In this document: positions 38,647-47,576 of the stretch, in pieces | How positions within the stretch are numbered: the first letter of the stretch is position 1 | Layout: every line of letters begins with the position of its first letter | Virus record (IMG/VR): IMGVR_UViG_3300021960_000019 | DNA length: 64,000 nt | Direction: 5' to 3' (one strand) | DNA from: a virus | Notes under the pieces: generated by a model | What the model saw: the letters and a program-made list of their open reading frames with translations, nothing else | Database searches by the model: none | What the model was told of the DNA's origin: nothing | Translations under genes and position numbers: made by a program

Positions 38647-40872
38647 ATGTTGAAAGTAGTTAATACTAGCAAGGAAACTGATGTTCGCTCTGTGATGGCA
38701 CAGGCGAAATTTTATGAATCATATTCCAGATGGAATGACGAAAAAGATAGATATGAAACTTGGGAAGAATCTGTCGCAAGAGTAATGGATATGCACAGAG
38801 GATACTATAAAGATATAATGACACCAGAGTTGGCGTTACTAGTTGATGAGGCAGAAAATCTTTATAAGTTAAAATATGCATTGGGTGCCCAACGTGCATT
38901 GCAGTTTGGGGGAGATCAGTTACTGAAACATCAGATGAGAATGTATAATTGTACATCTTCGTATGCAGATAGACCTGCATTCTTTAATGAACTTTTTTAT
39001 GTTCTTTTGTGTGGTGCTGGTGCTGGATTTTCAGTACAAAAACATCATGTAGATAGATTGCCGAATATTGCAGAAAGAAAAAAACAGGCAAAAGGTTGGA
39101 ACGTAGAAGATTCAATCGAAGGATGGGCAGATTCACTTGGTGTTCTCATGTCATCATATTTCGTGGGTGGTGGTACGCATCCAGATTTTGAAGGTCGTAA
39201 AGTATATTTCGATCTGTCTCAAGTAAGACCAAAAGGTGCAGAAATTAGTGGAGGGTTTAAGGCGCCTGGACCAGAACCACTACGCAAATCCTTGGACAAA
39301 ATTGAACATATGTTGCAAGGACTAGTACTCTCTGGCGTTACTAGGCTAAGTCCTATTCATGTGTATGACATTTGTATGCACGCTGCTGATGCTGTCCTTG
39401 CTGGGGGTGTTAGACGTAGTGCTACGATATGTTTATTCTCACCAGACGATGAGGAAATGTTGACTGCAAAAACAGGTAATTGGTTTATAGACAATCCGCA
39501 ACGTGGTAGATCAAATAACTCTGCTGTAATTGTACGAGATGAAATTACAAAAGAAGAATTTTCTAACGCAATGAAATCTATTAAGGAGTTTGGAGAGCCA
39601 GGATTTTACTTTGTGGAATCTAAAGAACATACTACAAACCCATGTGTTGAGATTGGTATGTATCCACAGATTGACGGCGAGTCTGGTTGGCAGGGATGTA
39701 ATCTAACAGAAATTAATGGTGCAAAATGCACAACTAAAGAAGAGTTCTTTAAGGCATGTCGTGCCGGTGCTATTATGGGTACATTACAGGCAGGATATAC
39801 AAACTTTAAATATTTGTCTGAATCTTCAACGAAAATTTTTCAGAGAGAAGCCTTATTGGGTGTTTCTGTAACTGGTTGGATGAACAATCCAGATATCCTA
39901 TTAGATTCAGAAATTCAAATCGAAGGTGCGAATATTGTAAAACAAGTAAATAAGGAAGTTGCAGAGTTACTTAATATTAATGCTGCAGCTCGTACAACTT
40001 GTGTAAAACCATCTGGTAATGCTTCCGTACTCTTAGAAACTGCTTCTGGTATTCATGCCGAACATTCTCCAAGATACCTTAGACACGTACAGATGAATAA
40101 AGAGGCAGAAGTTGCAAACTTGATTGCCGAAACTAACCCATACATGGTAGAAGAGTCTGTATGGTCAACCAATCGTACCGATTATTGTATTGCATTTCCT
40201 GTAATTTCACCAAAAGGTTCTTTATATAAAGAAGATTTATTTGGTGTGGATTTACTTGAAAAAGTACAACTAGTACAACAAAATTGGGTAGAGGCCGGCA
40301 CAAATGAACATTTGTGTGCAGACTCAACATTGAGACATAATGTATCAAATACTGTAACAGTACCAGAACATATGTGGGGTCAAGTTGAAGGTTATCTCTT
40401 TGCAAATAAAAACTACTTTGCAGGGGTATCATTCTTGTCTGGATCTGGTGATAAAGATTTCAATCAAGCTCCAATGACTGAAGTGTTAACCGAAGAACAG
40501 ATTGTCGCAAAACATGGACGTGCTTCTATGTTTGCTGCAGGGTTGATTGTTGACACCAGAAAGGGATTTACCGACCTGTGGGAAGCAACATCTATCGCAC
40601 AAATGCCACCAGAATTCCAAGGTGAGTTATCAGACTTACGTGCAGAATGGATTCGTAGATTTAATAAATTTGCAGATAATTATTTTGGTGGTGATATGAA
40701 AGACGCAGAATATTGTTTGAAAGATGTTTTCCTATTACATAAGTGGACAAAAATTCAACAAAATATTCAACCTATTGATTTTGTAAATCAATTAACAGAT
40801 AAAACCTTTACAGATATTGACACGATGGGTGCGGTAGCTTGTCAGGGTGGAGCGTGTGAAATTACCTTTTAA
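38647..40872 (+). CDS. nrdJ: Class II (adenosylcobalamin-dependent) ribonucleotide reductase, monomeric type
   Basis: YNC, GVRRSA, NPCVEI, CNLTEIN, TCVKPSG, C-terminal ACQGGAC; no nrdB adjacent. Confidence 0.85.
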   Translation: MLKVVNTSKETDVRSVMAQAKFYESYSRWNDEKDRYETWEESVARVMDMHRGYYKDIMTPELALLVDEAENLYKLKYALGAQRALQFGGDQLLKHQMRMYNCTSSYADRPAFFNELFYVLLCGAGAGFSVQKHHVDRLPNIAERKKQAKGWNVEDSIEGWADSLGVLMSSYFVGGGTHPDFEGRKVYFDLSQVRPKGAEISGGFKAPGPEPLRKSLDKIEHMLQGLVLSGVTRLSPIHVYDICMHAADAVLAGGVRRSATICLFSPDDEEMLTAKTGNWFIDNPQRGRSNNSAVIVRDEITKEEFSNAMKSIKEFGEPGFYFVESKEHTTNPCVEIGMYPQIDGESGWQGCNLTEINGAKCTTKEEFFKACRAGAIMGTLQAGYTNFKYLSESSTKIFQREALLGVSVTGWMNNPDILLDSEIQIEGANIVKQVNKEVAELLNINAAARTTCVKPSGNASVLLETASGIHAEHSPRYLRHVQMNKEAEVANLIAETNPYMVEESVWSTNRTDYCIAFPVISPKGSLYKEDLFGVDLLEKVQLVQQNWVEAGTNEHLCADSTLRHNVSNTVTVPEHMWGQVEGYLFANKNYFAGVSFLSGSGDKDFNQAPMTEVLTEEQIVAKHGRASMFAAGLIVDTRKGFTDLWEATSIAQMPPEFQGELSDLRAEWIRRFNKFADNYFGGDMKDAEYCLKDVFLLHKWTKIQQNIQPIDFVNQLTDKTFTDIDTMGAVACQGGACEITF

Positions 40873-40901
40873 GTAGGTTTTCAGACACCATTTTAAAATT
40901 A

Positions 40902-40939
40902 GTGTTCTCCTAAATAATTTCTGGTATTTGGGAGAACAC
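40902..40939 (+). promoter_or_regulatory. 15-bp hairpin joining a late-promoter-like TAAATA with the SD of the next gene
   Basis: GTGTTCTCCTAAATA / TATTTGGGAGAACAC (one G.U pair), ATG at 40944. Confidence 0.65.
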
Positions 40940-40943
40940 AACT

Positions 40944-41129
40944 ATGCCTAAGAATAAACAGCTGCAAGATTGTAACTATTGTGGTGTTGAATTTATTGTT
41001 AAATACGTAGACGAAGATGAAACCGTAAAATTCTGCCCCGCCTGTGGGGAGTCTCTGGATGACTATATATTAGACAGTGACTCTTATATGGATGAGGATG
41101 AAGAATGGTACGGCGAATCGGAGGAATAG
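40944..41129 (+). CDS. Small zinc-ribbon protein
   Basis: CNYC...FCPACG followed by an acidic tail. Confidence 0.7.
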   Translation: MPKNKQLQDCNYCGVEFIVKYVDEDETVKFCPACGESLDDYILDSDSYMDEDEEWYGESEE

Positions 41130-41674
41130 ACTATAGTTTAACATCACCAGCGGTGTGTACATATGTTGGTGAAGAACAAGACTTTAGTTTTGAAAAATGC
41201 AAGATATACTTTTTATCTAACAAGAAAAAACTTTCAAACTATAATTATAAAAATATAGATGGACAACAAAATCTATCGGATTTTGAGAGCGCAGAAGAAC
41301 GATATGATTTCATTTCTGATTGGGCAATGGACATTCTTATTACGGACGAAATTGACACTATTGCATTAGAAGATTATAGTTATGGTTCTACAGGAAAAGT
41401 ATTTCATATCGCAGAAAATGCTGGACTTCTAAAATGGAAATTATGGCAGGCAGAATTATCATATCAAGTGGTAGCTCCTACAGTCATCAAAAAATTCGCC
41501 AGTGGTAAGGGAAATGCGAAAAAAGAAATGATGTATGAGAGTTTTATTTCTGATGGTGGTAGAAATCTGCAAGATGAATTTGAAATCAAAAGTGAAAAAG
41601 TAGGCAATCCTGTTTCTGATATAGTAGATTCTTTTTATATTTGTAAATTTTTACTTGACAATACGGAATCATAG
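41105..41674 (+). CDS. RuvC-like Holliday junction resolvase
   Basis: GIDYSL, ALEDY, P..IKKFASGKGNA.KE.M, SDIVDS. Confidence 0.8.
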   Translation: MVRRIGGIDYSLTSPAVCTYVGEEQDFSFEKCKIYFLSNKKKLSNYNYKNIDGQQNLSDFESAEERYDFISDWAMDILITDEIDTIALEDYSYGSTGKVFHIAENAGLLKWKLWQAELSYQVVAPTVIKKFASGKGNAKKEMMYESFISDGGRNLQDEFEIKSEKVGNPVSDIVDSFYICKFLLDNTES

Positions 41675-41683
41675 TGGTAATAT
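41655..41683 (+). promoter_or_regulatory. sigma70-type promoter (GAATC in spacer)
   Basis: CTTGACA-17 bp-TAATAT. Confidence 0.6.
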
Positions 41684-41714
41684 GTACGTATAGTCAATAA
41701 CAGTGAGTACGTAC

Positions 41715-42272
41715 ATGAATATTTTCAGACTAGATAACGATCCTGTAATTGCTGCACAACTGCAATGTGATAAACATGTTGTGAAAATGATTGTTGAATC
41801 TGCACAAATGTTGTCAACTGCTCATCGTATGCTTGACGGTAGAGAAACCAAACGTCCATCTAAATCTGGCAAACGTATGGTTAAGTATTGGGTACATCCA
41901 AATAGTAATATGGAAAATGTACTATACAAGGCAGTACATCCAGGCCACCCTTCTACATTGTGGACAATGGAGAGTAATGCAAACTATGAGTGGCACTACA
42001 AACATTTTGTTGGGTTGTGTAACGAGTACACTTATAGGTACAATAAAGTGCATTCTACTGACACTTTATTGCGCGATATACTAAAACGTCCTCCATCGCA
42101 TACTAACTGGTCAAACTTGTATACACCATTTAAACTTGCAATGAAGTCTAACCCAGAATGTATGTTTGAATGTCCTGTTAAATCATATCAGGCATTTTAT
42201 CAGACAAAACAAGACCGTTTCCAAATGATTTGGACAGGTCGAGATATCCCAGAATGGTTCGAGGTTGTATAA
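41715..42272 (+). CDS. Pyrimidine-dimer DNA glycosylase (DenV-like family)
   Basis: MNIF.LD.DP..AA...CDKHVVKMI.ESAQMLSTAH; H..HP..LW. Confidence 0.75.
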   Translation: MNIFRLDNDPVIAAQLQCDKHVVKMIVESAQMLSTAHRMLDGRETKRPSKSGKRMVKYWVHPNSNMENVLYKAVHPGHPSTLWTMESNANYEWHYKHFVGLCNEYTYRYNKVHSTDTLLRDILKRPPSHTNWSNLYTPFKLAMKSNPECMFECPVKSYQAFYQTKQDRFQMIWTGRDIPEWFEVV

Positions 42273-42586
42273 TGGAAAACAAATATATTGGTAAACTAAT
42301 GGAACGTGATGTTTGGTATGGTAAAATTCTTGGTGTGCGAAAAGTACGCACAGACTATGGTTTACGCCATGTATATAAATTTATTACCAGAACCAATAAA
42401 TTTGGTGTATTCTTTTCCGACGAAAAACCAGAGTTGGATGTTGGAGTATGTTTTACATTTAACGGTACGGTGAAAAAACACTCGTTTAATGAATACGACA
42501 AACAAGACGAAACTACATTCAATCGCGTAGAAATCGTAAAAATTGTTGGAAAATCTGAAGAAGATTCTCCAGAAGTACCATTTTAG
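42272..42586 (+). CDS. Hypothetical OB-fold-like protein
   Basis: YG...YKF...VG....GTVK.H..Y....T...RV pattern. Confidence 0.55.
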   Translation: MENKYIGKLMERDVWYGKILGVRKVRTDYGLRHVYKFITRTNKFGVFFSDEKPELDVGVCFTFNGTVKKHSFNEYDKQDETTFNRVEIVKIVGKSEEDSPEVPF

Positions 42587-42588
42587 TC

Positions 42589-42630
42589 TTGACAGTTGCA
42601 ACATTTAATGTTATAATTGGTGTATAAATA
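42589..42630 (+). promoter_or_regulatory. Perfect sigma70 promoter followed by a late TATAAATA box upstream of rnh
   Basis: TTGACA-17 bp-TATAAT (42589-42617); TATAAATA 42623-42630. Confidence 0.75.
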
Positions 42631-42658
42631 ATAATGTAAACAAAATAATGGTGATATT

Positions 42659-43543
42659 ATGATATTGATCGACCTAAATCAAGTGGTCATTTCAAATCTA
42701 ATGGTACAAATAAACAAGTTATCTGATGAAGAAGAGCTTGATCAAAACCTAATAAAACATATGATACTAAACAGTATTCTTAGTATCAAGAAAAGATTTG
42801 CGAATGATTATGGTAACATTGTAATATGTTGCGACAATAAAAACTTTTGGAGAAAGGATGTATTTCCTTACTACAAAGGTATGCGTAAAAAAACAAGAGA
42901 AGATTCTGGTTATGATTGGAATCTTATCTTTAATACTATTACGCAGACAAAACAAGATTTGCGTAAGGTATTTCCTTATAAAATTATCGAGGTAGATAGG
43001 ACTGAGGCTGATGATATCATTGGTACTCTTACTAAACAGTTTTCTACTAAGGAGAAAATACTTATAATTTCAAGTGATAAAGACTTTAAACAGTTGCAAC
43101 GATATCCTAATGTGACTCAATATAGTCCTATTCTAAAGAAATTTTTAGTGACAGAAGACCCTTATAAATATATTCGTGAACATATTATTCGCGGAGATCG
43201 TGGTGATGGTGTTCCTAATGTTCTTTCTGATGATGATGTTTTTGTAAACGAAAAAAGACAAAAACCTTTATCTAAGAAAAAACTAGAAGATTGGTTGGAT
43301 ACTGGTAGAAACCCTGAAGATTTTTGTGATGCAAATATGTTGGCACGATATCGTAGAAACGAACAGTTAGTGGATTTAACATTCGTGCCCGCTGCAATAC
43401 AAGAAGAAGTTTTATCTCAGTTTAGTAAAACTCCCGAAGGTGATATGCAAAAAGTATTTAACTATTTTATAGAAAACAAAATGGTACTCATGATGGATGA
43501 GATATCAAATTTTAAGGAACAAGAATATGAAACTTTTTCATGA
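42659..43543 (+). CDS. rnh: T4 RNase H (5'-3' exonuclease/FEN family)
   Basis: LIDLNQ, WR..FPYYK..R, EADDII, SSDKDF.QL, GDRGDGVPN. Confidence 0.95.
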   Translation: MILIDLNQVVISNLMVQINKLSDEEELDQNLIKHMILNSILSIKKRFANDYGNIVICCDNKNFWRKDVFPYYKGMRKKTREDSGYDWNLIFNTITQTKQDLRKVFPYKIIEVDRTEADDIIGTLTKQFSTKEKILIISSDKDFKQLQRYPNVTQYSPILKKFLVTEDPYKYIREHIIRGDRGDGVPNVLSDDDVFVNEKRQKPLSKKKLEDWLDTGRNPEDFCDANMLARYRRNEQLVDLTFVPAAIQEEVLSQFSKTPEGDMQKVFNYFIENKMVLMMDEISNFKEQEYETFS

Positions 43544-43964
43544 ATTGGTGCAAGAATTAGAAAGTACCAGATCTGTGAACGCTAAAAAAGATATTTTAAT
43601 AAATAATAATAATAAAACTTTACAAACTATATTAATTCATATGTTTGAAAAAAATATTGACTTTGGTTATACCCAGAAGACACTACCTATGTGGACCCCA
43701 GCTGATGATCCTGCTGGTTTGTCTATAAGTAACATGACATTGGCAATGCGAAAAATACATCTATTTTATACTGAAAATATGAAAAATCAATCAGAGAAAC
43801 AAAAAGAACGTATACTTGTCAGACAACTAGAAAGTTTAAACGCAAATGATGCAGAAATTTTAGTTAAGATTATCTGCAAAAAATTTAAAATTTCTGGAGT
43901 CACAGAAAAATTAGTTCGCGAAACCTTTCCTGATTTATTGTCAAAAGAAACCAGCAACGCCTAA
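43527..43964 (+). CDS. Conserved T4-like hypothetical protein
   Basis: QLESL...DAEIL...KK...GVT.KLV..TFP.L C-terminus. Confidence 0.65.
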   Translation: MKLFHELVQELESTRSVNAKKDILINNNNKTLQTILIHMFEKNIDFGYTQKTLPMWTPADDPAGLSISNMTLAMRKIHLFYTENMKNQSEKQKERILVRQLESLNANDAEILVKIICKKFKISGVTEKLVRETFPDLLSKETSNA

Positions 43965-43973
43965 GGAAAGGTC

Positions 43974-44132
43974 ATGTCTTTACTCACTATGGAAATAAGG
44001 TCAAAGTTTACATACTTTTTGATTTTTGTAGTAATCTGCGCCGGTGCATTTACCTATTTGTGTGAAACAACAACTAACCAGTTAAATAAATATTGTTTAA
44101 CTAACTGCGAAAAACCATTGACAAATAAATAA
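43974..44132 (+). CDS. 52-aa single-TM protein (absent from ORF track)
   Basis: SD AAGGA; MSLLTMEIRSKFTYFLIFVVICAGAFTYLC...; fills an intergenic gap. Confidence 0.45.
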   Translation: MSLLTMEIRSKFTYFLIFVVICAGAFTYLCETTTNQLNKYCLTNCEKPLTNK

Positions 44133-44146
44133 ACATCTGTTATATT
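44118..44146 (+). promoter_or_regulatory. sigma70-type promoter
   Basis: TTGACA-17 bp-TATATT. Confidence 0.6.
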
Positions 44147-44182
44147 GAATAAATCAACTGTAGTATGGAGAGTGAATATAAA

Positions 44183-44395
44183 ATGGAAAAGAAAAGAAGT
44201 CCACATATTGTAAAAGTTAAAAATGTGGGAGATCGCAGAGAAATTTATGGATATGAGGTAAAACATATCGATTTTTCTTCACCTTGGTCACGCGAAGGTG
44301 GTCCTGAAGTCACGACTAAATTCTTCTTGAATGAAGATAACGCCCGCGCATTTGCAAAGACCTTGAAACCATTTAAGGAATTGCAACATGGGTAA
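44183..44395 (+). CDS. Hypothetical protein
   Basis: SD GGAG; downstream of promoter. Confidence 0.55.
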   Translation: MEKKRSPHIVKVKNVGDRREIYGYEVKHIDFSSPWSREGGPEVTTKFFLNEDNARAFAKTLKPFKELQHG

Positions 44396-44639
44396 GAAAA
44401 AGTTACGGTCTGGAGAAACCAGTAAAGGTATTCATGGTACTACAAAGAGTCGTAGTAAAAATGATCCAGATTATGCGACACGTCGAATTCTAAATCAACA
44501 AAAGTCTTGGATGTTGGGAAAGAATGTAGTCTTGACTATTGAAAATCCAAATAAAAACGAAACCAATAAAAAATTTATTAGAGTAAATGCAAAAGATCAT
44601 TGGGGAGACCCAAAACGTAAACCAATGGTTATGCAATGA
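44388..44639 (+). CDS. Basic hypothetical protein
   Basis: W..GKNVVLTIENPNK.ETNK.FIRV.A...WG. Confidence 0.6.
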   Translation: MGKKKLRSGETSKGIHGTTKSRSKNDPDYATRRILNQQKSWMLGKNVVLTIENPNKNETNKKFIRVNAKDHWGDPKRKPMVMQ

Positions 44640-45121
44640 TTAATGCCATTTTTGCAATGGATGCAAATGGTGGTATTGGTAAAGATGGTACTTTGCCATG
44701 GCCAAAAAACGATAGAGATTTTAGATGGTTTCGTTCTCACACAACAAATAAGATAGTGGTTATGGGCAAAAATACTTGGGATGACCCCAATATGCCCAAA
44801 CCATTGCCTAAAAGACATAATGTAGTAATTACTAGTAAAGTAAACAGTTTACCATATTATGAAAATTTGGACACAGTATCTATTCAAGATGCTAGATCTT
44901 GGTTGGAAAAAAATAATAATAAGGAATTATTCATCATAGGTGGTGCAAAAGTACTTACCGAATATTGGGATTTAATCGAAAGATTTTATATAACAGAATT
45001 TCCAGATTCATATGATTGTGATACTTTTATACCTAAAGATAATTTGGATAGTATGAAAAGTAAACGCATGTGGTTGGCCCAAAGTGATTTTGATGATTTG
45101 CAGTTTAAGGTGTATGGATGA
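44636..45121 (+). CDS. frd: Dihydrofolate reductase
   Basis: GIGKDGTLPW, D...F...T, VMGKNTW, PLPKR.NVVIT, IIGG, CDTF. Confidence 0.95.
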   Translation: MINAIFAMDANGGIGKDGTLPWPKNDRDFRWFRSHTTNKIVVMGKNTWDDPNMPKPLPKRHNVVITSKVNSLPYYENLDTVSIQDARSWLEKNNNKELFIIGGAKVLTEYWDLIERFYITEFPDSYDCDTFIPKDNLDSMKSKRMWLAQSDFDDLQFKVYG

Positions 45122-45999
45122 GTTTAGAAATGGAAATGTTACATAGATATGGTAACATATGGGAAGTTGAGTATCAAGATTTATTATATCATGTACTAGA
45201 TACCGGCGAAGATCGAAAAGACCGTACTGGAGTTGGTACAAAGTCAATTTTTCATGCAACATTAAATATAAATTTGAGAGAACAAATACCAGTTTTAACA
45301 ACAAAGAAACTTGCATTTAAAAGTGTTGTTTCAGAACTTTTATGGTTTCTTGAAGGTTCTGATGATGAAAGACGCCTAGCAGAAATTCATTATAACAAAG
45401 ATAGAGATGAGTTAAAAGACAAGAAAACTATCTGGACGGCGAATGCAAACAAACAGGGTGTTGAGTTAGGGTATGATGATGGTATTCTTGGACCTATATA
45501 TGGAGTACAGTGGAGAGATTGGAATGGTACTGACCAAATAAGGGAATTGTTGATTAACTTAGTCAAAGATCCACGTAGTCGCCGACATATTTTATCTGCA
45601 TGGAATGTTGATGATCTTGATAAGATGGCATTACCACCTTGTCACTTAATGTGTCAATTTCATCTAAGTGAAGATGGTGGACTTTCTTGTGCATTGTATC
45701 AAAGAAGTTGCGATTTGTTTTTAGGTGTACCTTTTAATATTGCAAGTTATTCTCTGTTAACTTATATCATTGCAAAGGAACTTGGTTACTATGCCAAAGA
45801 GTTAATATGGATTGGTGGAGATGTGCATATTTACAATAACCACATCGATGCGGTAGAGAAACAAATCAAACGCACACCATACATGTTCCCAAAACTTTGG
45901 ATTAATCCAGACAAACATCTGGGAAATTATACTGTCGATGATTTTAAGTTGGAAAATTACAGACACCATGATGCAATTAAAGCTGAAATGGCAGTATAA
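45118..45999 (+). CDS. td: Thymidylate synthase ThyA
   Basis: DRTGVGT, ELLWFL, GPIYGVQWR, ALPPCH, YQRSCD.FLGVPFNIASY, GDVHIY. Confidence 0.97.
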   Translation: MSLEMEMLHRYGNIWEVEYQDLLYHVLDTGEDRKDRTGVGTKSIFHATLNINLREQIPVLTTKKLAFKSVVSELLWFLEGSDDERRLAEIHYNKDRDELKDKKTIWTANANKQGVELGYDDGILGPIYGVQWRDWNGTDQIRELLINLVKDPRSRRHILSAWNVDDLDKMALPPCHLMCQFHLSEDGGLSCALYQRSCDLFLGVPFNIASYSLLTYIIAKELGYYAKELIWIGGDVHIYNNHIDAVEKQIKRTPYMFPKLWINPDKHLGNYTVDDFKLENYRHHDAIKAEMAV

Positions 46000-46004
46000 A
46001 TTAC

Positions 46005-46040
46005 TTGACAAATCGGATATAATCGGATATAATCGTATAT
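46005..46040 (+). promoter_or_regulatory. sigma70 promoter built from a 10-bp triple tandem repeat
   Basis: TTGACA-17 bp-TATAAT; AATCGGATAT x2 + AATCGTATAT at 46011-46040. Confidence 0.7.
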
Positions 46041-46059
46041 ATAACTTAATCAAGAAAGG

Positions 46060-46311
46060 ATGACTCTTATGAATTTTGAAACTTTAACAGAAATGTTACA
46101 AACTAATATTGTGAATGTCCAATTCACTAAATTGAATGGTGAAACTAGAAATATGCGTTGTACCCTCATAGAAGATTTCTTGCCGCCTGCAGCTGCGGAA
46201 ATTTCTACAAAGAAAGTGAATTTAGATTCTCGTTCGGTGTGGGATTTAGATAAAGATGCATGGCGTGCATTTCGTGTTGATAGTGTAGTATCTGCAACCG
46301 TGGAATCATAA
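46060..46311 (+). CDS. SH3/WYL-like beta-barrel protein (T4 a-gt.4-like)
   Basis: V.FTK.NGE.R.M.CTL...VWDLDK.AWR.FR.D.V. Confidence 0.75.
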   Translation: MTLMNFETLTEMLQTNIVNVQFTKLNGETRNMRCTLIEDFLPPAAAEISTKKVNLDSRSVWDLDKDAWRAFRVDSVVSATVES

Positions 46312-46670
46312 TGCTACCAATTGTCCTAATTTTGCCAGTCTTGTTATTGGCCTCCTTTCACAATCCCATGGCAATGCAAATATTGCCATGGATATCCCTT
46401 ATAATTCCATTGACAGTATTTTCTGGTAATATTAAGATTGTACACACTTTGAATTATTCGGAAGAAGGTGCAGTAATGTTTGGTCCTTATGCCCCCATTA
46501 CTGGTATATTAGGTATTACTGCCTCCATACAAATGTATGTAAATGGATATCAACTAATAAGTGGTATTGTTGGATTTTCCTCTATACTTATATTTTCTGC
46601 CGCCTTATGGTGTCTTTATATGGGGGAATCTAAAAAAGTGAATAGACTATTTGGAGATGAAAATGAGTAA
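46311..46670 (+). CDS. Hydrophobic multi-TM membrane protein
   Basis: About four hydrophobic segments. Confidence 0.55.
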   Translation: MLPIVLILPVLLLASFHNPMAMQILPWISLIIPLTVFSGNIKIVHTLNYSEEGAVMFGPYAPITGILGITASIQMYVNGYQLISGIVGFSSILIFSAALWCLYMGESKKVNRLFGDENE

Positions 46671-46860
46671 AATGGGTCAGTTTGTTTTTGCGATGGAAGA
46701 AGATATTACGTGGATGACAAAGGAACAATATGTCAACTCGTATGGTAGAATGGGTAAAGAATATTGGGAAGAAATATATGGATCCGAACTTCAATCTGCA
46801 AACGAAGAAATGGCCTTAATGAAATTAGAACATATGGAAATGATGACAGGTAGATTCTGA
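46663..46860 (+). CDS. Hypothetical protein
   Basis: SD GGAG; MSKMGQFVF start. Confidence 0.55.
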   Translation: MSKMGQFVFAMEEDITWMTKEQYVNSYGRMGKEYWEEIYGSELQSANEEMALMKLEHMEMMTGRF

Positions 46861-46948
46861 CACATTTCTAATGTATCGGTGTGAGTTCTACCGAAACCAA
46901 AAGACTTAAAACTGAAACTTTGTCATGTAATCTACAGGAGAATATAAT

Positions 46949-47218
46949 ATGACTAATACAACTAGAAAAGAAACTCAAACTACTAGAGTAGCAAACGCCC
47001 TATTGGGTGGTGCTCAATTAACCGCAAAACAAATTTCTGCACGATATGGTGTGAAAAATGTACGTGCGGTGATTAGTAAACTTCGTAGTGAGGGGTATTC
47101 AATCTATCTCAATAAACGTACATCATCATTTGATGGCAAGTCGTATATGAAATATATGATTGGTACGCCTACTCGCGCTGTTGTTGCCGCTGGACATGCT
47201 GCACTACGCACTGCATAA
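46949..47218 (+). CDS. Winged-helix DNA-binding protein
   Basis: LT.KQI..RYGV.N.RA.IS.LR.EGY.I; SD AGGAG. Confidence 0.75.
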   Translation: MTNTTRKETQTTRVANALLGGAQLTAKQISARYGVKNVRAVISKLRSEGYSIYLNKRTSSFDGKSYMKYMIGTPTRAVVAAGHAALRTA

Positions 47219-47291
47219 GTAGTTAAACTAGAGTATGGGTTCCACTTAGTAACAGAACGGGCCCATTTTAATTAATTATCTAAGGTGAAAT

Positions 47292-47576
47292 ATGTCTGGT
47301 ATAATAATCCCATCAAATCCTCAAGATCAGAAAAAAATACGTGAGTGTATGGAAGAAATTAGTAATTCGTATACACGTACTGAGGGTGAAAGAAGTTTTG
47401 TCAAGGAAGCAATCGAAAACTTGTCAGAAGAAGTTGATATTCCTAAAAAGATTTTACGTAAAATGTCTAGGATTTATCATAAACAGAATATGAGTGAAGT
47501 TGCCGGAGAAATAGAAGATATTGAAGCTCTAATGGAAACATTCACTCCTAAATTTGATAATAACGAAGATGGGTAA
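47292..47576 (+). CDS. dsbA: Double-stranded DNA-binding protein DsbA-like
   Basis: K.......IYHKQN..E......E.L pattern matching T4 DsbA. Confidence 0.7.
   Translation: MSGIIIPSNPQDQKKIRECMEEISNSYTRTEGERSFVKEAIENLSEEVDIPKKILRKMSRIYHKQNMSEVAGEIEDIEALMETFTPKFDNNEDG

Noticed and set aside
4799-45999. Introns or inteins in gp43, gp41, nrdJ or td
   Set aside because: All are continuous ORFs of normal length with contiguous motifs.
47234-47270. Imperfect hairpin ATGGGTTC...GGGCCCAT after the wHTH gene as an ncRNA
   Set aside because: Too short and irregular to call beyond a possible terminator.
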